Source: Camelus ferus
Lineage: Eukaryota
Direction: 5' to 3'
Length of the DNA stretch: 64,000 bases
Assembly (NCBI RefSeq): GCF_009834535.1
Contig: NC_045696.1
Location: 84,260,001-84,324,000 of the forward strand
The notes below the pieces were generated by a model. It saw only the letters and a list, made by a program, of their open reading frames with translations. It did no database searches and was not told the DNA's origin. Shown here piece after piece: positions 1 to 12,117 of the stretch; position 1 is the stretch's first letter, and every line of letters starts with the position of its first letter. The position numbers and the translations under genes are program-made.

Positions 1-1428
1 CTACTGTCCGGCAACTGCTGCCATCAAGGTCACCAGTGACTTTCACGTTTTTAAATACAGTGGCCAGTTTACAGTTCTTACCTTAACACGTCAGTAATAT
101 TTGGCCCAGAAGCAATCCCTCTCCTCTTCCAGGACTCTCTACCTGGCTTCCTCTGGAACACCACTCTTTCTTGGTTTCCTCCTAATTTGCTAGCTGTCCC
201 TTCTCGGTTTTCTTTGTTGGTTTTCCGACCCCTTAATGTTGGAGTGTCTCAGGACTTAGTCCTTAGGCCTCTCCTCTGGTCTGTTTATACTTACCCTCCA
301 GGAAGTTTTATCTACTCTCTTGGCTCTAAAGACCATGTCGACTTTGATGGTGCCCAAATTTACATCTCTAACTCATACCTCCCCACGACTCTACTCCCCC
401 TGACTCTAACTATACCTCCCCCAGACCACTCATCCCCCCCGACTCTAACTAACCTCCCCCCGACTCAATCATACCTCCCACGACTCTAACTCATCCTCCC
501 CCCAGACTCTAACTCATACCCCCCCCGCTACTCATACCCCCACGACTCTATCAACCTCCCCCGACTCTACCCCCCCCCCGACCTAATCATCCTCCCCCGA
601 CTCTAACTCTCCTCTCTCCTACTCCCCCTGAGACTCTAAACTCATCACCTCCCCCCCCCCCCCGACTCTAACTCATACCTCCCCCCGACTCTAACTCATA
701 CCTCCCCCCGACTCTAACTCATACCTCCCCCGACTCTAACTCATACCTCCCCCCGAGACTCTAAAACTCATACCTCCCCCCGACTCTAACTCTAACGACT
801 CTACTCATACCTCCCCCTGACTCTAACTCATACCCCCCATCCTCCCCCCCCCTGACTCATACTCATACCTCCCCCGACTCTAACTATACCGCCCCCAGAC
901 TTCTAAACTCATAACCTCCCCCCCCGACTCTAACTCATACCTCCCCCCGACTCTAACTCATACCTCCCCCCCCGACTCTAACTCATACCTCCCCCCTGAC
1001 TCTAACTCATAGCTCTCCCCCTGAACTTTCAACTCAAGCACCTAATCAACACCTCTCCTTGGATGTCTAACGAAAATCAGTAATTTAACGTGTTCAGAAT
1101 TCAGCTCTTAATATCTCCCCAACAAATTTTCTCCCTCCAAGGTCTCCTCATGTCAGTAAAGTTCAATTCAAATGTTACCTATCCTGACTGCACTTTGTAA
1201 AATAGCAACAGCTGAACTGTACTCTCTATTTTTATAAGCTACATCATTCATCTACGCATCCTTTATTACCTTTCAGTGTGTGTGTATATATATGTATGTT
1301 TATTTATTTTCCACTTTCACACAATGTAAACTTCATGAGTAGGGGTTTAGTTTTGTTCGCTGTCCTGTGCCCACCACCTAGAATGATGCCTACAATTTAA
1401 TAAGTATTCAAAAATTTGTTGAATGAGT
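1..1428 (+). mobile_element. LINE-2 (L2) remnant: RT-domain fragment and 3' end, interrupted by a minisatellite
   Basis: ORF 187-489 reads LNVGVSQDLVLRPLLWSVYT...DHVDFDGAQIYISNS, a decayed L2/CR1-clade RT (GVPQGSVLGPLLFSIYT...YHLYADDSQIY). Typical L2 3' tail 'cctagaatgatgcctac...tttgttgaatgag' near 1380-1428. Confidence 0.8.
366..1024. repeat. C-rich minisatellite, ~23-bp unit GACTCTAACTCATACCTCCCCCC, roughly 28 degenerate copies
   Basis: Unit directly visible, cleanest at 664-782 and 925-1000; C-run length varies. Confidence 0.95.
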
Positions 1429-2539
1429 CATTTCTTTAAAATTTTTTCTGTAATTGAAAAGCATTGTTAACATTGAAGCTAACTGAAAGGAACGTATCCA
1501 CTATCTTTTGCAATTAAAATATTGCACACCCTTAGGAAGCAGTTCCCCCTCAAAGAATTGAATGATTATAAGTAATACTTATGGATTACTATCACTAATA
1601 TTTATTATAATTTCAGAGAATTTAGCTATAATCACTTCTGATTTAAGATTGTATTACTAGCTTTATTTCATGGCAGTTTTAACTGGGCTCAAAGAGTTAG
1701 AACACTAAGTCTAACAAAGCACTAATAATATTAAATGTAAAACCTTGGCTCTGATATAATGTTCTTACTATTACATCATACTATTTTTTTTCTTACTTGA
1801 TGTAATAGTGGACAATAATTTAAGGAATTTTAGCAAATTGTACCTATCCAGAAATGTTTAGAAAATATAAACAAAATACAAACAAATTCATGAAGCTGGA
1901 AGTATGATAGCTGAAAGGAACTTATTGGTAGAATTGAATTGCTGAAGACTACCATTCGTGATCTGAAAAAGTATTTGCATAAGAGCTCATAGTTAGTATT
2001 TCTTGTGAATCCTGTTCAATGTTGAGTGCTGTTTAAAGGCCATGGAATTTGAACAATATGGCATATGTAGATAAGACGACCTGGAAATAGAGGATCTGTT
2101 TTTCCAGAGAAGGAAAAGCAAGCAAAGGACATCTCAGACAGGATAAATAGCATGTGCCTTGGCTGGAAAGCAGATGAGAGTGATGAAGCATGTGCAGTGA
2201 TTACAAAACTGACTTGCCTGAAAACTGTTATAAATAGAAGCCAGGATTGAGGCCCTAACTGTTCTTAAGGAATTTCACTAAGATTTTAAGAAAGGGGGTT
2301 CTTCAGTTTGAAATGAAAATAATATTCCATGATACTTGTCAAAGCACAAAAAGTAAGTTACTTAAACATTCAAGCTCGGCGGATGTAATGAGGTTGACTG
2401 TGCCATGTGGTGTTGAACTCTGAGATTACCTTGTGTTCTTAGCTTCCATCACTCTGGATGATCATGCCGACTGGATCATCAGAGTCAACCTTCCTATATC
2501 GTATGGTAGGGCTTGCATCAGGGAAAACTGTGTGTGGGA

Positions 2540-2765
2540 GGTAGGGGTTGAGAACTTGCATTTTGGGTTTTTGAATGTCAACTTTACCTGGTTTACCAAC
2601 TTTACCTTTAGCTATGTGATCTTCAGCAAATGACCTAATTCCTTTGTAGTTCTGTGTTCTCATTTGTAAAATGGGGATAACACGGATAACAGTAGTGTAA
2701 ACCTCAAGGTTATTGCAGATGATTGTTAATACATATGGAGTATTTAGCATTGTCCCCAGCATGTG
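2540..2765 (+). mobile_element. MIR SINE
   Basis: MIR core 'tagctatgtgatcttcagcaaatgacctaa...ctcatttgtaaaatggggataa'. Confidence 0.75.
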
Positions 2766-2789
2766 GAGAGGAGACAGTAAGTTGTATGC

Positions 2790-2942
2790 CTTTTTTAAAT
2801 TGAAGTATAGTTGATTTACAATGTTGTGTTAGGTTCAGATATACAGCATAGTGATTCAGTTACACATACATACATATATATATATTCTTTTTCAGATTCT
2901 TTTCCATCATAGGTTATTACAAGATATTGAATATAGTTCCCC
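2790..2942 (-). mobile_element. L1 3' end fragment (artiodactyl-type)
   Basis: 'ttttttaaattgaagtatagttgatttacaatgttgtgtt...ttacaagatattgaatatagttccc' is the reverse complement of an L1 3' terminus. Confidence 0.8.
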
Positions 2943-3664
2943 AATTGTATGGTTTTTGATGGCATACAATTTTCTTTTGTCCTGTTGCATTCACATATAT
3001 TGATAAAACCCTTAATTTCTAGATTTCTTCTTTTTAAAAGAAATTCCAGTAGCTTTAGGCTGTTTCTGCATGGCAAAAATGAAATGGATATTTCAAAATT
3101 ATATATTAATTTGGCAAATGTGGATAATTTAATTAAACTCAAATGGATTCTGAAGGCTTAGCATAACTGATCTAGCCTTAATTAAATTAAAAAAGATATT
3201 TGCTAAAACTGCACTTGGGTGTTCCATCATCGAAGAAGCATCTGCTGTAGAATGGTGTCCTTATCTACGTTTTTGGTATGTTCCTGCCAGATATACAAAC
3301 TGCCTAAAAAGATTTTCCAGTTGGCGGTCATTTTAACCCAATTTAAATCCAAATATGCTTGTATAACAAAATATATAAGCTTACTCTGCAACTCCAGCTT
3401 TGATCTTCCAGTACAACATCCGTTTGGCTACTTGGATGAAAAGTCTGTTGTTAGAAAATACTTGACTTAGAATTATATGCTGAAGCTGACTCTCAGTCCT
3501 CTCTATTTATGAGAAATTCATTAGAATGTTAGCAGATATATTGCAGAGTACATTTTGAAATCTACACTAATACGACAATACTACCATATGTGTATGTGAA
3601 CTTACAGCTTTAATTAAGCACTTAAAAATTATGGATGTAAATAATGTTTTATCATCATTTCTTT

Positions 3665-3809
3665 TTTTTAAATTTTTTCCCATCTTTTTTTTGGGTGGGT
3701 AATTACGTTTATTTATTTATTTATTCTTAGAGGAGGCAGTGGGGTTTGAACCCTGAACCTCATACATGCCAGGCATGTGCTTTGTCACTTGAGCTACATC
3801 CTCCCCACA
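3665..3809 (-). mobile_element. tRNA-derived SINE (camelid Vic-1-like) with 16-bp TSD
   Basis: Reverse complement reads GGGGAGGATGTAGCTCAAGTG...GGGTTCAAACCCCACTGCCTCC...AATAAATAAACGTAATTACCC. TSD TTATCATCATTTCTTT at 3649-3664 and 3810-3825. Confidence 0.85.
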
Positions 3810-4089
3810 TTATCATCATTTCTTTAAGAGACTATAGCTCTTGAAACAAGAGTTGAAAGGGTAGGAGTAGTTCCCATAGTAAGGATAGTATTTGTTTTTC
3901 TTCTACTTAAATAAAAAATCCAATTCTGTGTAGCTAATCACATTTGAAAAATACATTTGGATTTTGATAAATACCAGACCATGCAATCATTTAACATATT
4001 AGATCTTATTTTATTGAAGACTTTATCAAGAGTTTTTCAATAAATGATTAGTCCTGAAATTAATGGCCACTGATTAATTATTAGTAATG

Positions 4090-4315
4090 TAGGTCACGGG
4101 TAAGAGCTTGAACTTTGAGCCAGACTCTGGGGTTGAAATCCTGGCTCCATTAGCTGTGCAGCTGGACAGATTCTCAATCATTATGTTCTTTTGTTGGCTC
4201 ATCTTCACAATGGAGATACAATGACCATGCTAACCTTGTAGGGCTGTTCAAAGGATTAAATGAGATGACACATTTGAAGCCCTTAGAAGTGAGTGAGTGC
4301 TCACTAAATGTTGTG
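4090..4315 (+). mobile_element. MIR SINE
   Basis: 'taagagcttgaactttgagccagactctggggttgaaatcctggctcca...aaggattaaatgagatga'. Confidence 0.75.
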
Positions 4316-4519
4316 GGTATGGTTGTTGTTATTTGGTTCTACCCTTCCTTTTTAGTTTTATTTTAGTTATATAAAGTTTCTTACTCTTTCAATCTTTTTC
4401 TTAGTATTGCCCTAAACCTTTTTTATTTAATAAACATAGCTACATTATTGTAGGTAACTACATCATTATATGGAGATTTGCAATACCGTTTAAAAAAAAT
4501 TAATGGACTCCTATTGGGT

Positions 4520-5038
4520 TTTTTTTTTTTTTAGTGCCGTTTGTTTTTTTCTGAGCATTAACTTTTTTTGTATATATATTTTTATTGAAGTATAGTCAGT
4601 TTACAATGTGTCAATTTCTGGTGTACAGTATAATGCTTCAGTCATGCATGAACATACATATATTCATTTTCATGTTTTGTTTCACCATAATTTACTTCAA
4701 GATATTGAATATAGTTCCCTGTGCTATACAGTATGAACTTGCTGTTTATGTATTTTATATATAGTAGTATCTGCAAATCTCAAACTCCCAATTTATCCCT
4801 TTCCACCTTCCCACGCCCCTGCCCCCCGGGGTAGCCATAATTTTGTTTTCTAATGTCTGTGAGTCTGTTTCTGTTTTGTAAATAAGTTCGTCTTTTTTTT
4901 TTTTTTTTTTTTCAGATTCCCCATGTAAGTGGTATATGGTATTTTTCTTTCTCTTTGTATCTCATTTCACTTAGAATAACAATCTCCAGGTCCATCCATG
5001 TTGCTTCAAATGGCATTATTTCATTATTTTTTATGGCT
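4520..5038 (-). mobile_element. 5'-truncated L1 3' end (artiodactyl/camelid-type)
   Basis: T-tract, then 'tttttattgaagtatagtcagtttacaatg...tccaggtccatccatgttgct'; possible TSD TATTG(G/A)GTTTTT on both sides. Confidence 0.85.
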
Positions 5039-5099
5039 TATTGAGTTTTTAATGAGTTTAGTCTGCTCTTTTTCATCCTGTACATTCTAATGCCTTGTT

Positions 5100-5260
5100 A
5101 CTCTGTGTGAGGTCTGCACCCAGCAGCCAAATGAACATTGCCTGGGAGCTTGTTAGAATGAAGGGTCTCAGGTCCCATTCCAGAGTTACCAAACCAGAGT
5201 CTGCCCTGTAACAAAGGCCCAGGAGTTTCATATGCACTGTACAGTTTGAGAAGTTTCACT
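5100..5260. mobile_element. MER5-like hAT-Charlie DNA transposon
   Basis: 'cctgggagcttgttagaatg...ctcaggtcccattccagag...agtttgagaag'. Confidence 0.7.
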
Positions 5261-6389
5261 CAATTACCCATTTCAGTTCGCCACTGACCAGTACAAGGCG
5301 GAAGAGTCTGGTCTACCTCTCCCCACTCTGCTCCAGCTGCTGTATGCTTATCATTCCCTGATACCAGTAGAGAGGAAGGAGGAGGGCAAAAGGTGGTGGG
5401 CACTCTGAGGGGAGAGCTCACACAGGGAACGTGAGCTCCTTGGTACAGACTTTCTGACATCCTCTCTCCAAGCCCTCATGCTCTCTTATTTGTGCTACTG
5501 GTTGTTCTCAAGCTAAGCCAAACTCAAGAAAATGAGGGCTATTAGCCATTTGCACTATTTTTGTCATACTGTGGAGGGTGTTGGAGTAGCTGTACAGCTG
5601 CACAGTAATAGTTACACTTGCAGTAAAAATTCCATTTTCTTTTCTTACTTTCATTCTTGCACAGGTATATCACAGGTACATGTATATCACATTTTTCAAC
5701 TTCTCCACAAATTAAAAAAATTACATTTTAACACCACAAAGAATTTGCAAGATAAATATAAACTTATCCATACTCATTTCGCCAGTAATAAACACTGCTG
5801 ACATGCTGATGCAGTTCCATCTAATTTTTTTCTTATACTCTTTTTCCTTTGAGGAGTCTTCTAAGAATGCTTTTAAAACCACCTTTTGAGACTCTCCAGT
5901 GAAGTAGTGGCATTCAAAGAAGTCTGTGGGGATTTTTGGAGACATAGTGTATGCATCTTTTCAAACTAACTGTGCCATGTAAATCCATACAGAAAGATAA
6001 AAACACTTGTAAAAATGAAGTAGTTTTGACCCAGAGATACGGCTGTTTAGTTTTTATCCATTCAAGAAGTTTGATTTGAGGTGGCTGGTTTCTTGAATAA
6101 TTTATTCAGAAATTATACATACATACGTGCAGCTAGCATATATATCTAATACCTACTTGCCGCTGTTATATTTATTTTGGTATGAGAGTAATTAGAGTTT
6201 ACAAGTTAATTTTGGTCAGTTATATCTTAACTGGGACAAATGGTTGAATTCATTTCCTTGAATTTCTCAATTATGATGACATCTAGGTGTGTAATTGGAT
6301 AAATAAAGTGAGAGCAATGAGTTTTTTATGCGAATATTTTCTCAAAGTTATATGTTATAAGACAGTATGATTTTTCAATATCTTTTAAG

Positions 6390-6485
6390 GTATGCCTTGA
6401 ATGTGGAGAGGATTATTGTTCGGGATGCTTTGCTAAAATTCACCAGAAGGGGGCACTGAAACTTCATAGAACAACTCTTTTGCAG
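6390..6485 (+). CDS. ZBBX: ZBBX internal coding exon, C-terminal part of B-box zinc finger (96 nt, phase 0-0): [32 protein letters not shown]
   Basis: Acceptor ttttaag|, donor CAG|gtatga. CxxC-x4-CxxC-x4-H-x7-H B-box pattern; near-identical to recalled human ZBBX. Confidence 0.96.
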
Positions 6486-7119
6486 GTATGACTTTAAAAT
6501 GCTTTACTTGTAGAGTATTTGTAAAATGTTTCAACACAAAGACATTTAAAACATGTTTAATTGTCTAGAATTTGGGATGGTTTACATTAATTTCTAAAAT
6601 TCTGTTACTTACAGTCTTTATATATAACTTAACATTATTTTACTGAACACTAATCGGGATATTATTTTGCTGTTTAAACTGTCTTAATACAGTTCCTGAA
6701 ACACTTAGCTTGATTAGAGTCTTTACATTATGCATTCTATCTGCGAACCTGACATTTAACAATTAGATAATATTTTTATCTATTGTGGTTTCAAATGAAC
6801 ACGTGATTTGTTTAAAGTGTTATTTGTATCTAGTTTATAAATAGAAGTCTCATGTTTTCTTCCCATGTTTATTTGAAAAAGTTAGTCTTTTACTTGTCCT
6901 CCCCAATTATCATTTAAATAAGCTTATCTCTTGGGTTTCTACTTTTCCTCCTACATATCAAAAGCTTTTATTTGTCCTCATATAGTCATTGTTTTTTGAA
7001 ATGCCTAAACTCAAATCCTGTCAGGTGGCTCTAAAATTCTAATTCTTAAGCAATAAATATAGCTAAATATAGATATGACATTATATCTGTTACATTTAAT
7101 GATGCATTGATTTGTCACA

Positions 7120-7250
7120 GATTTCATTCATTATACAGACATTTACTCAGCAAATATTTATTGAATACCTTTTAAAAAGCAAGGTCAGTGCTAGGCAGTG
7201 ACCTTACACAGATAAGTAACCCTAGGATCCTGCTCTTAAGGACCCAGACA
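7120..7250 (-). mobile_element. L2 3' end fragment
   Basis: 'cattcatt...cagcaaatatttattgaatacc...gtgctaggcagtg'. Confidence 0.55.
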
Positions 7251-7699
7251 TAAAAGTGACAGCTGAGGACCTTGTGTAATGGGCTAAAGATCTTAATATT
7301 ATCTTGCAGGTTTTGTCATTATCTGTATTTAGAAAGATCACTGATAGATTTCAATCTTTACATGTTGCTTCAACGTATATGAACATTGGTGGCTCTCAGA
7401 TACCGATGACCCCATTCACGATAACCACGAAACATAAAACTGACCTTTCTCATATCAATATTTACCAAAGTCAGTTACTTTTGAGTGGCTACTCAAAGTT
7501 TAGAGTCTCCCAACATAAATGATGGAGGGGAAACAAACAAAAAAACGCATTCACCTGCCTCAGGAAGTATCACACCATGAAAATGAATGTATTTAAAAGT
7601 GAGTATAATTGTTAATATATAAATAATATAGAATTTAAAAGCACTCCACTTTAAGGGTACGGAGTGTAATTACCCCATGAGTTCTCATTAGGATTTTCT

Positions 7700-7820
7700 T
7701 TTCAGTGATTTATTCAGCACGTTTTCTGAGTTATCGCTCAGTGAATTTAGGCACTGTGCTAGCTGGTATGGAAGATACAGAGAAGAATGAGACACAGCTC
7801 CTTCCCTCAACTTCAGAATT
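7700..7820 (-). mobile_element. L2 3' end fragment
   Basis: 'atttattcagcac...aggcactgtgctag...gaagatacagagaagaatgagacacagctccttccctca'. Confidence 0.55.
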
Positions 7821-10693
7821 TGACTTTCAAGATTTATCCTAATCTGAATCTCTTTTCTCTCTCCCTTTCTTCCTTTCTCTCTTCCTGTCTTCTGTCCCTT
7901 TCTGACTCTCTTTCTCTCTCTCTCATACACACACACATTCAATTTCAAAAGGCAGTCAGACTTTGCTGTAACATGGTTTATTGCTATCCAGAGGCAGGTA
8001 TGATATGGGTCAAATCATGCTTACTAGAAGCAACACGACATAGCTTACATATTCTAAACATTGAACGTTTTTCTATTCCATGTTAATGTCATTAAAAATG
8101 CATATATTCTCTATCTTAACATAGAAGAACGTGATCTTTGTAAATTAGATTCTTATAAAATTCTAAATGTGGAGTTGTTAGGGAGGTGAGAGGATTAATA
8201 TTTACTGAGTAGAAGCTTCATCTCATCCCAGCATCACGTTTTCTAGTTTTGGTCACAGGGGAGGGGAGTTTGGTAAGCCAGAAATAGTAGAGTGGTATTT
8301 AAATTCCTAGTGAATTTCAAATTGTGGAAAATGCATTTATTTCTAAAAGTTAGCATAAATAAATTTCATAATGTGTATACAAATCAAAGAGCATAGCAAA
8401 TAGCAATGAATCTTGAGAGGTTTTTTCCAAACACAAGGGTTCTTTTATGTATATATTTTAAAGTTAAATAACGATTAATAACTACATATCTTCTGTATTC
8501 ACGTTACTCCTCTGGATTGCCTTCTAGTTTGTGGTGACCGAAGTTGCTACTTGGTGCTATCCTGAGGATGGTCCTGGGTCACTCACTGTCTGATAGGGAA
8601 GTCGAATTGTGAGGCTGACCCTCAGAAAGGAGCAAACAGAGATCACTGTACTGGGAATGAAACATACATTGTTGCTACCCTCTTTTTATATAATATGATT
8701 TTATGTACTTAGATTGCTAAGTAATGAAATATTTTGAAGAAGGTATCTTATCTTCAGATAATTCAAGTAAATTTGACCATTTATTTATTCAGCAAAAATT
8801 TTTAATTAAAAAAAAATTTTTAAAGGATACCAGAAATGTATAACCTACTCCTTCCCATTTTAGTAAAGTGTACAGTGAATGGAGTCTCACTAATGTAATG
8901 TGCTGGTGACTCCTGCTCCTTATGTTGACCGTGGCTGTTGCAACGGTTCATAAGAGGCCTTGAGTAGCTGGTGTAATTTGCAGAGCTACACATTCCCCCT
9001 AAGAGATTTGCTTTTCAGGTTAGCACTTTATTTTGCTCCTCTGTCATGGCCTTACCTATTCTTTGCCATCGCTTCTTGACTTTAATCGATTGTCCCATTC
9101 ACTCTCTGCCATCTTCTTACTATTTCCGTTTAGCCCTTTGATGTTTTTTCACTCATCTTGCTTCTTCCTCCTGGTTTCTATCATTGCTCCTGTCTTTCCC
9201 TGTGCATTAAGGTTCTTGGTGCTGTTGTGTCCTGACCCAATGACCATTGCTCAGCAGTGAGTGGATATCTCTTTCTGTTTAGCCTTCATTGAGTGGCCAT
9301 AGTATTTTTTATTTTTCTACCATTTTGGTAACTATCAAAGTCATTAGTTTTTGTTTTTTTTTGTTTTTGTTTTTCTTTGTATAACTGTAATATATAATAT
9401 TGTACATCAGCTACATCTCAATTAAAAAAAACACATTGTGGAAGTCATGAGTTTTTTAACTGCTGAATTAATACCTTAATCTGAGAAGTTAAAGCAGACA
9501 TCTTATATTTGAATATCAAACATTACTGTATAAAAAGCAAGCACTCTAGGCTAATCGCTGCTGTACTTTATATTATTTAACCTATGCTAGGGTTTCCAGT
9601 TATTTTAAAGCACAGTCTAATTTGAGTATGGCAAACCCTTTCAGCCCCCAGTCTACAGACCAGTGAGTTTTTACAAAGTTCATGCTCAGTAGGGACCGTT
9701 ATCCTGGCATATCTTGTTTCACTTAAAGGATAAATCCCTGAAAAACTGAAGGCAAATTGTGACGAATTACATGTTGACTAACATAGTTTTAAAGGGTCTT
9801 TCTTTTGATTTATGATTGATTTATTATTGGGAATGATTCCAGCACAATTTTTTTATTTTAACCTTCTCAAACCTCTGTTAAATAGTTAATTATCTGCAAA
9901 ACAATGTGTAAATGCATGAGGGGAATTATTAAGGATGAAAATTCTACTTCTATATTTAGAACGATTTTCAACACTAAGGGTTGAAACAAAAGGTTTTTTT
10001 CACTGGGTAAGCCTCACATTGATGAAAAATAAGGTCTTAATATAGTAGGCATTCCTATTTCCTTTTAACACCAAAAGATCAAACAGAAGAGACAAGGTTA
10101 ATCAGAGATAATGGAAAATAGGGGGAGAAACAAACAGAAGACATTCCGTTGTGAAGTATGACATGCACAAAGGGAGGCAGGATTAAGTAAATCATTAATA
10201 GATTCTGGTAGGTATATTTCCTTAATTGGAATGGAGATTTTCTTAACTGGAAAAGAGAGACCTTGGGAAAGGGGGGTGGTGGTTAGTAATGAGAGAAGAG
10301 ATAATTGAGGTAGAATTTCCATGTTTTTTAGTATGAGGGATTTATATACAGCTTCTTTACTTTTTTATCTACAAGTAAGGTATGCCTATATAAATATGGA
10401 TTATAAGTGGAAATATTTGTCTGCTTGCTTACAGGAAAATAATTACCAGGCAGAACCTCAGTTATCACCAGAATACTATTTATGCTTTCTGACTTTATGG
10501 CAGATTTTGTTTTCTTTCATTTGTCAATGACCAATATCAGCTTTTAGGCTCACACTTTCGTTATTCTGTTAATGTTCAGTGTACTACAGTATTTTTAGGC
10601 CATAGCTAACCATTCTGGATAATATCATGGTTACTTTCATGGTTGCTCATAATGTACACATTTTAAATGCTATGTATAAACATACAGACGCTA

Positions 10694-11090
10694 TGTTGTG
10701 CCTCCCAGATCCTCCTCTTTAGAACTGAGACATCCACTTCCCTAGCTGCCTGGAGTGTTGCCTGCAGATGGATCATAGTTGAATCTGTCCCCAGGAACTG
10801 CCCTTGCTCAAGGAGAACTGCCACCTCCAAGCCTACACTCCACCCCTGGAGACAGCCCATACTCTGGTCCAATACCTGGTCTATGTTAGGGTATGAATTC
10901 CCAGCAACCTCTGTCTCAACTGGGGACAACTGTGATGGCCATCACAGCTCCTCCCTTGGGATTGGCAGCTGCTTCAAATTCATCTGCTTCCCTCACTGGC
11001 CTATAAGATGTTCCTCTCAGAGCACTCCCCAGAAAAAGCCAAGCAGGCGAATCTCAGAATTTGTTTCCTGGCAAACCTGACCTGTGACCA
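10694..11090 (+). mobile_element. ERVL solo LTR (LTR16-like)
   Basis: GC-richer block with 'aactggggacaactgtgatggccatc', 'cagagcactcccc' and LTR16-type end 'aatctcagaatttgtttcctggcaaacctgacctgtgac'. Confidence 0.75.
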
Positions 11091-11869
11091 CATGTAATTC
11101 AGACTGAAATGATCGATAATTGTTGGCCTAATTTTAGAGTGTACTGCAATTTTTCAAGGTCAATATATAGCAGATCTTTCTTCACTTTCCAGATTCTTAA
11201 CCTATTGAGAAACAGATATTAGAGTCAGAAGGTAGAAATTAAAAAATCAGTTGTATTATTGATACAATCAGAATTGGTGACTGTCACATGTATGTTCAGA
11301 CAAATTCAGCTTCCTGATACTTCCTGAAATTGAACATTTTTGTCCCCTGCACCCCCAAATTGTAGATATTTCCCTTTGGCAGGGCAGGACCTACCCAGAA
11401 AAACTCCTTACTGGATATCTAGGTTGGAATGCATCCCTCTCTGGGCAGCCCTTAGAGAGAGAACCCTGAAGGAGCAGAGATGGGCATGCTCACTTTCTTC
11501 TCCCAAAGGTTCACAGATGAGATAGAAATACAAGGATGGGAAGTAAATGTTCCCCTAAAAAGGAATTATGATAAATTCACATGATTTTAGAGTCCAGGTG
11601 ATGCCAACATCCTAAAAAAAAATGCATGAATTCACTATTTATAAATATAGTATTATATATATGACAAGACAAAATATTTTAAAAAATTTATTAACAATCT
11701 AATATCAGTGTGTTTTCCCTCTGTTTCTTATATGTGCACAATGATACAAATGAATATTCCTTGCGCTGCAAGCCTGTATGCATAGTCATTCAGTAGGATT
11801 ATCACTTTGCACTTCCTCCGTCAAACGATATTGTTATTGACTGTCCACTCTTTTATATCTTCTGGTAAG

Positions 11870-11990
11870 TCTCAAATCCTGTGAGGAGGGAAGCTGTTTC
11901 CGTCTTGCCCATCACTGTACTCTTGGTGCTGGACATCATACCTGACATGCAAAAATCACATTTTGAATGAATGAGAACATAAATGAATCC
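11870..11990 (+). mobile_element. L2 3' end fragment
   Basis: 'tcctgtgaggagggaagctg...catcactgtac...ttttgaatgaatga'. Confidence 0.55.
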
Positions 11991-12117
11991 CTACTGATAA
12001 TGATCAAGCTCCTGAAATAATTTCAAAATACGTTTTAAGTTGCAAAGTTTATTTTTCTCTGAATTTTGAAAACCAAATGTTGGATAATTTAAAAATGTAT
12101 GGTGTGTTAATATGTCA

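Noticed and set aside
187..489. 100-aa ORF as a novel RT gene
   Set aside because: Decayed L2 RT (catalytic YADD lost) running into the minisatellite.
366..1024. CRISPR-like or telomeric array
   Set aside because: Units are head-to-tail with no unique spacers and no cas genes in a mammalian context; TTAGAG occurs once per unit, not as (TTAGGG)n.
10663..11080. Overlapping 137-aa and 88-aa ORFs
   Set aside because: Coincide with an LTR16-like solo LTR; no coding features.
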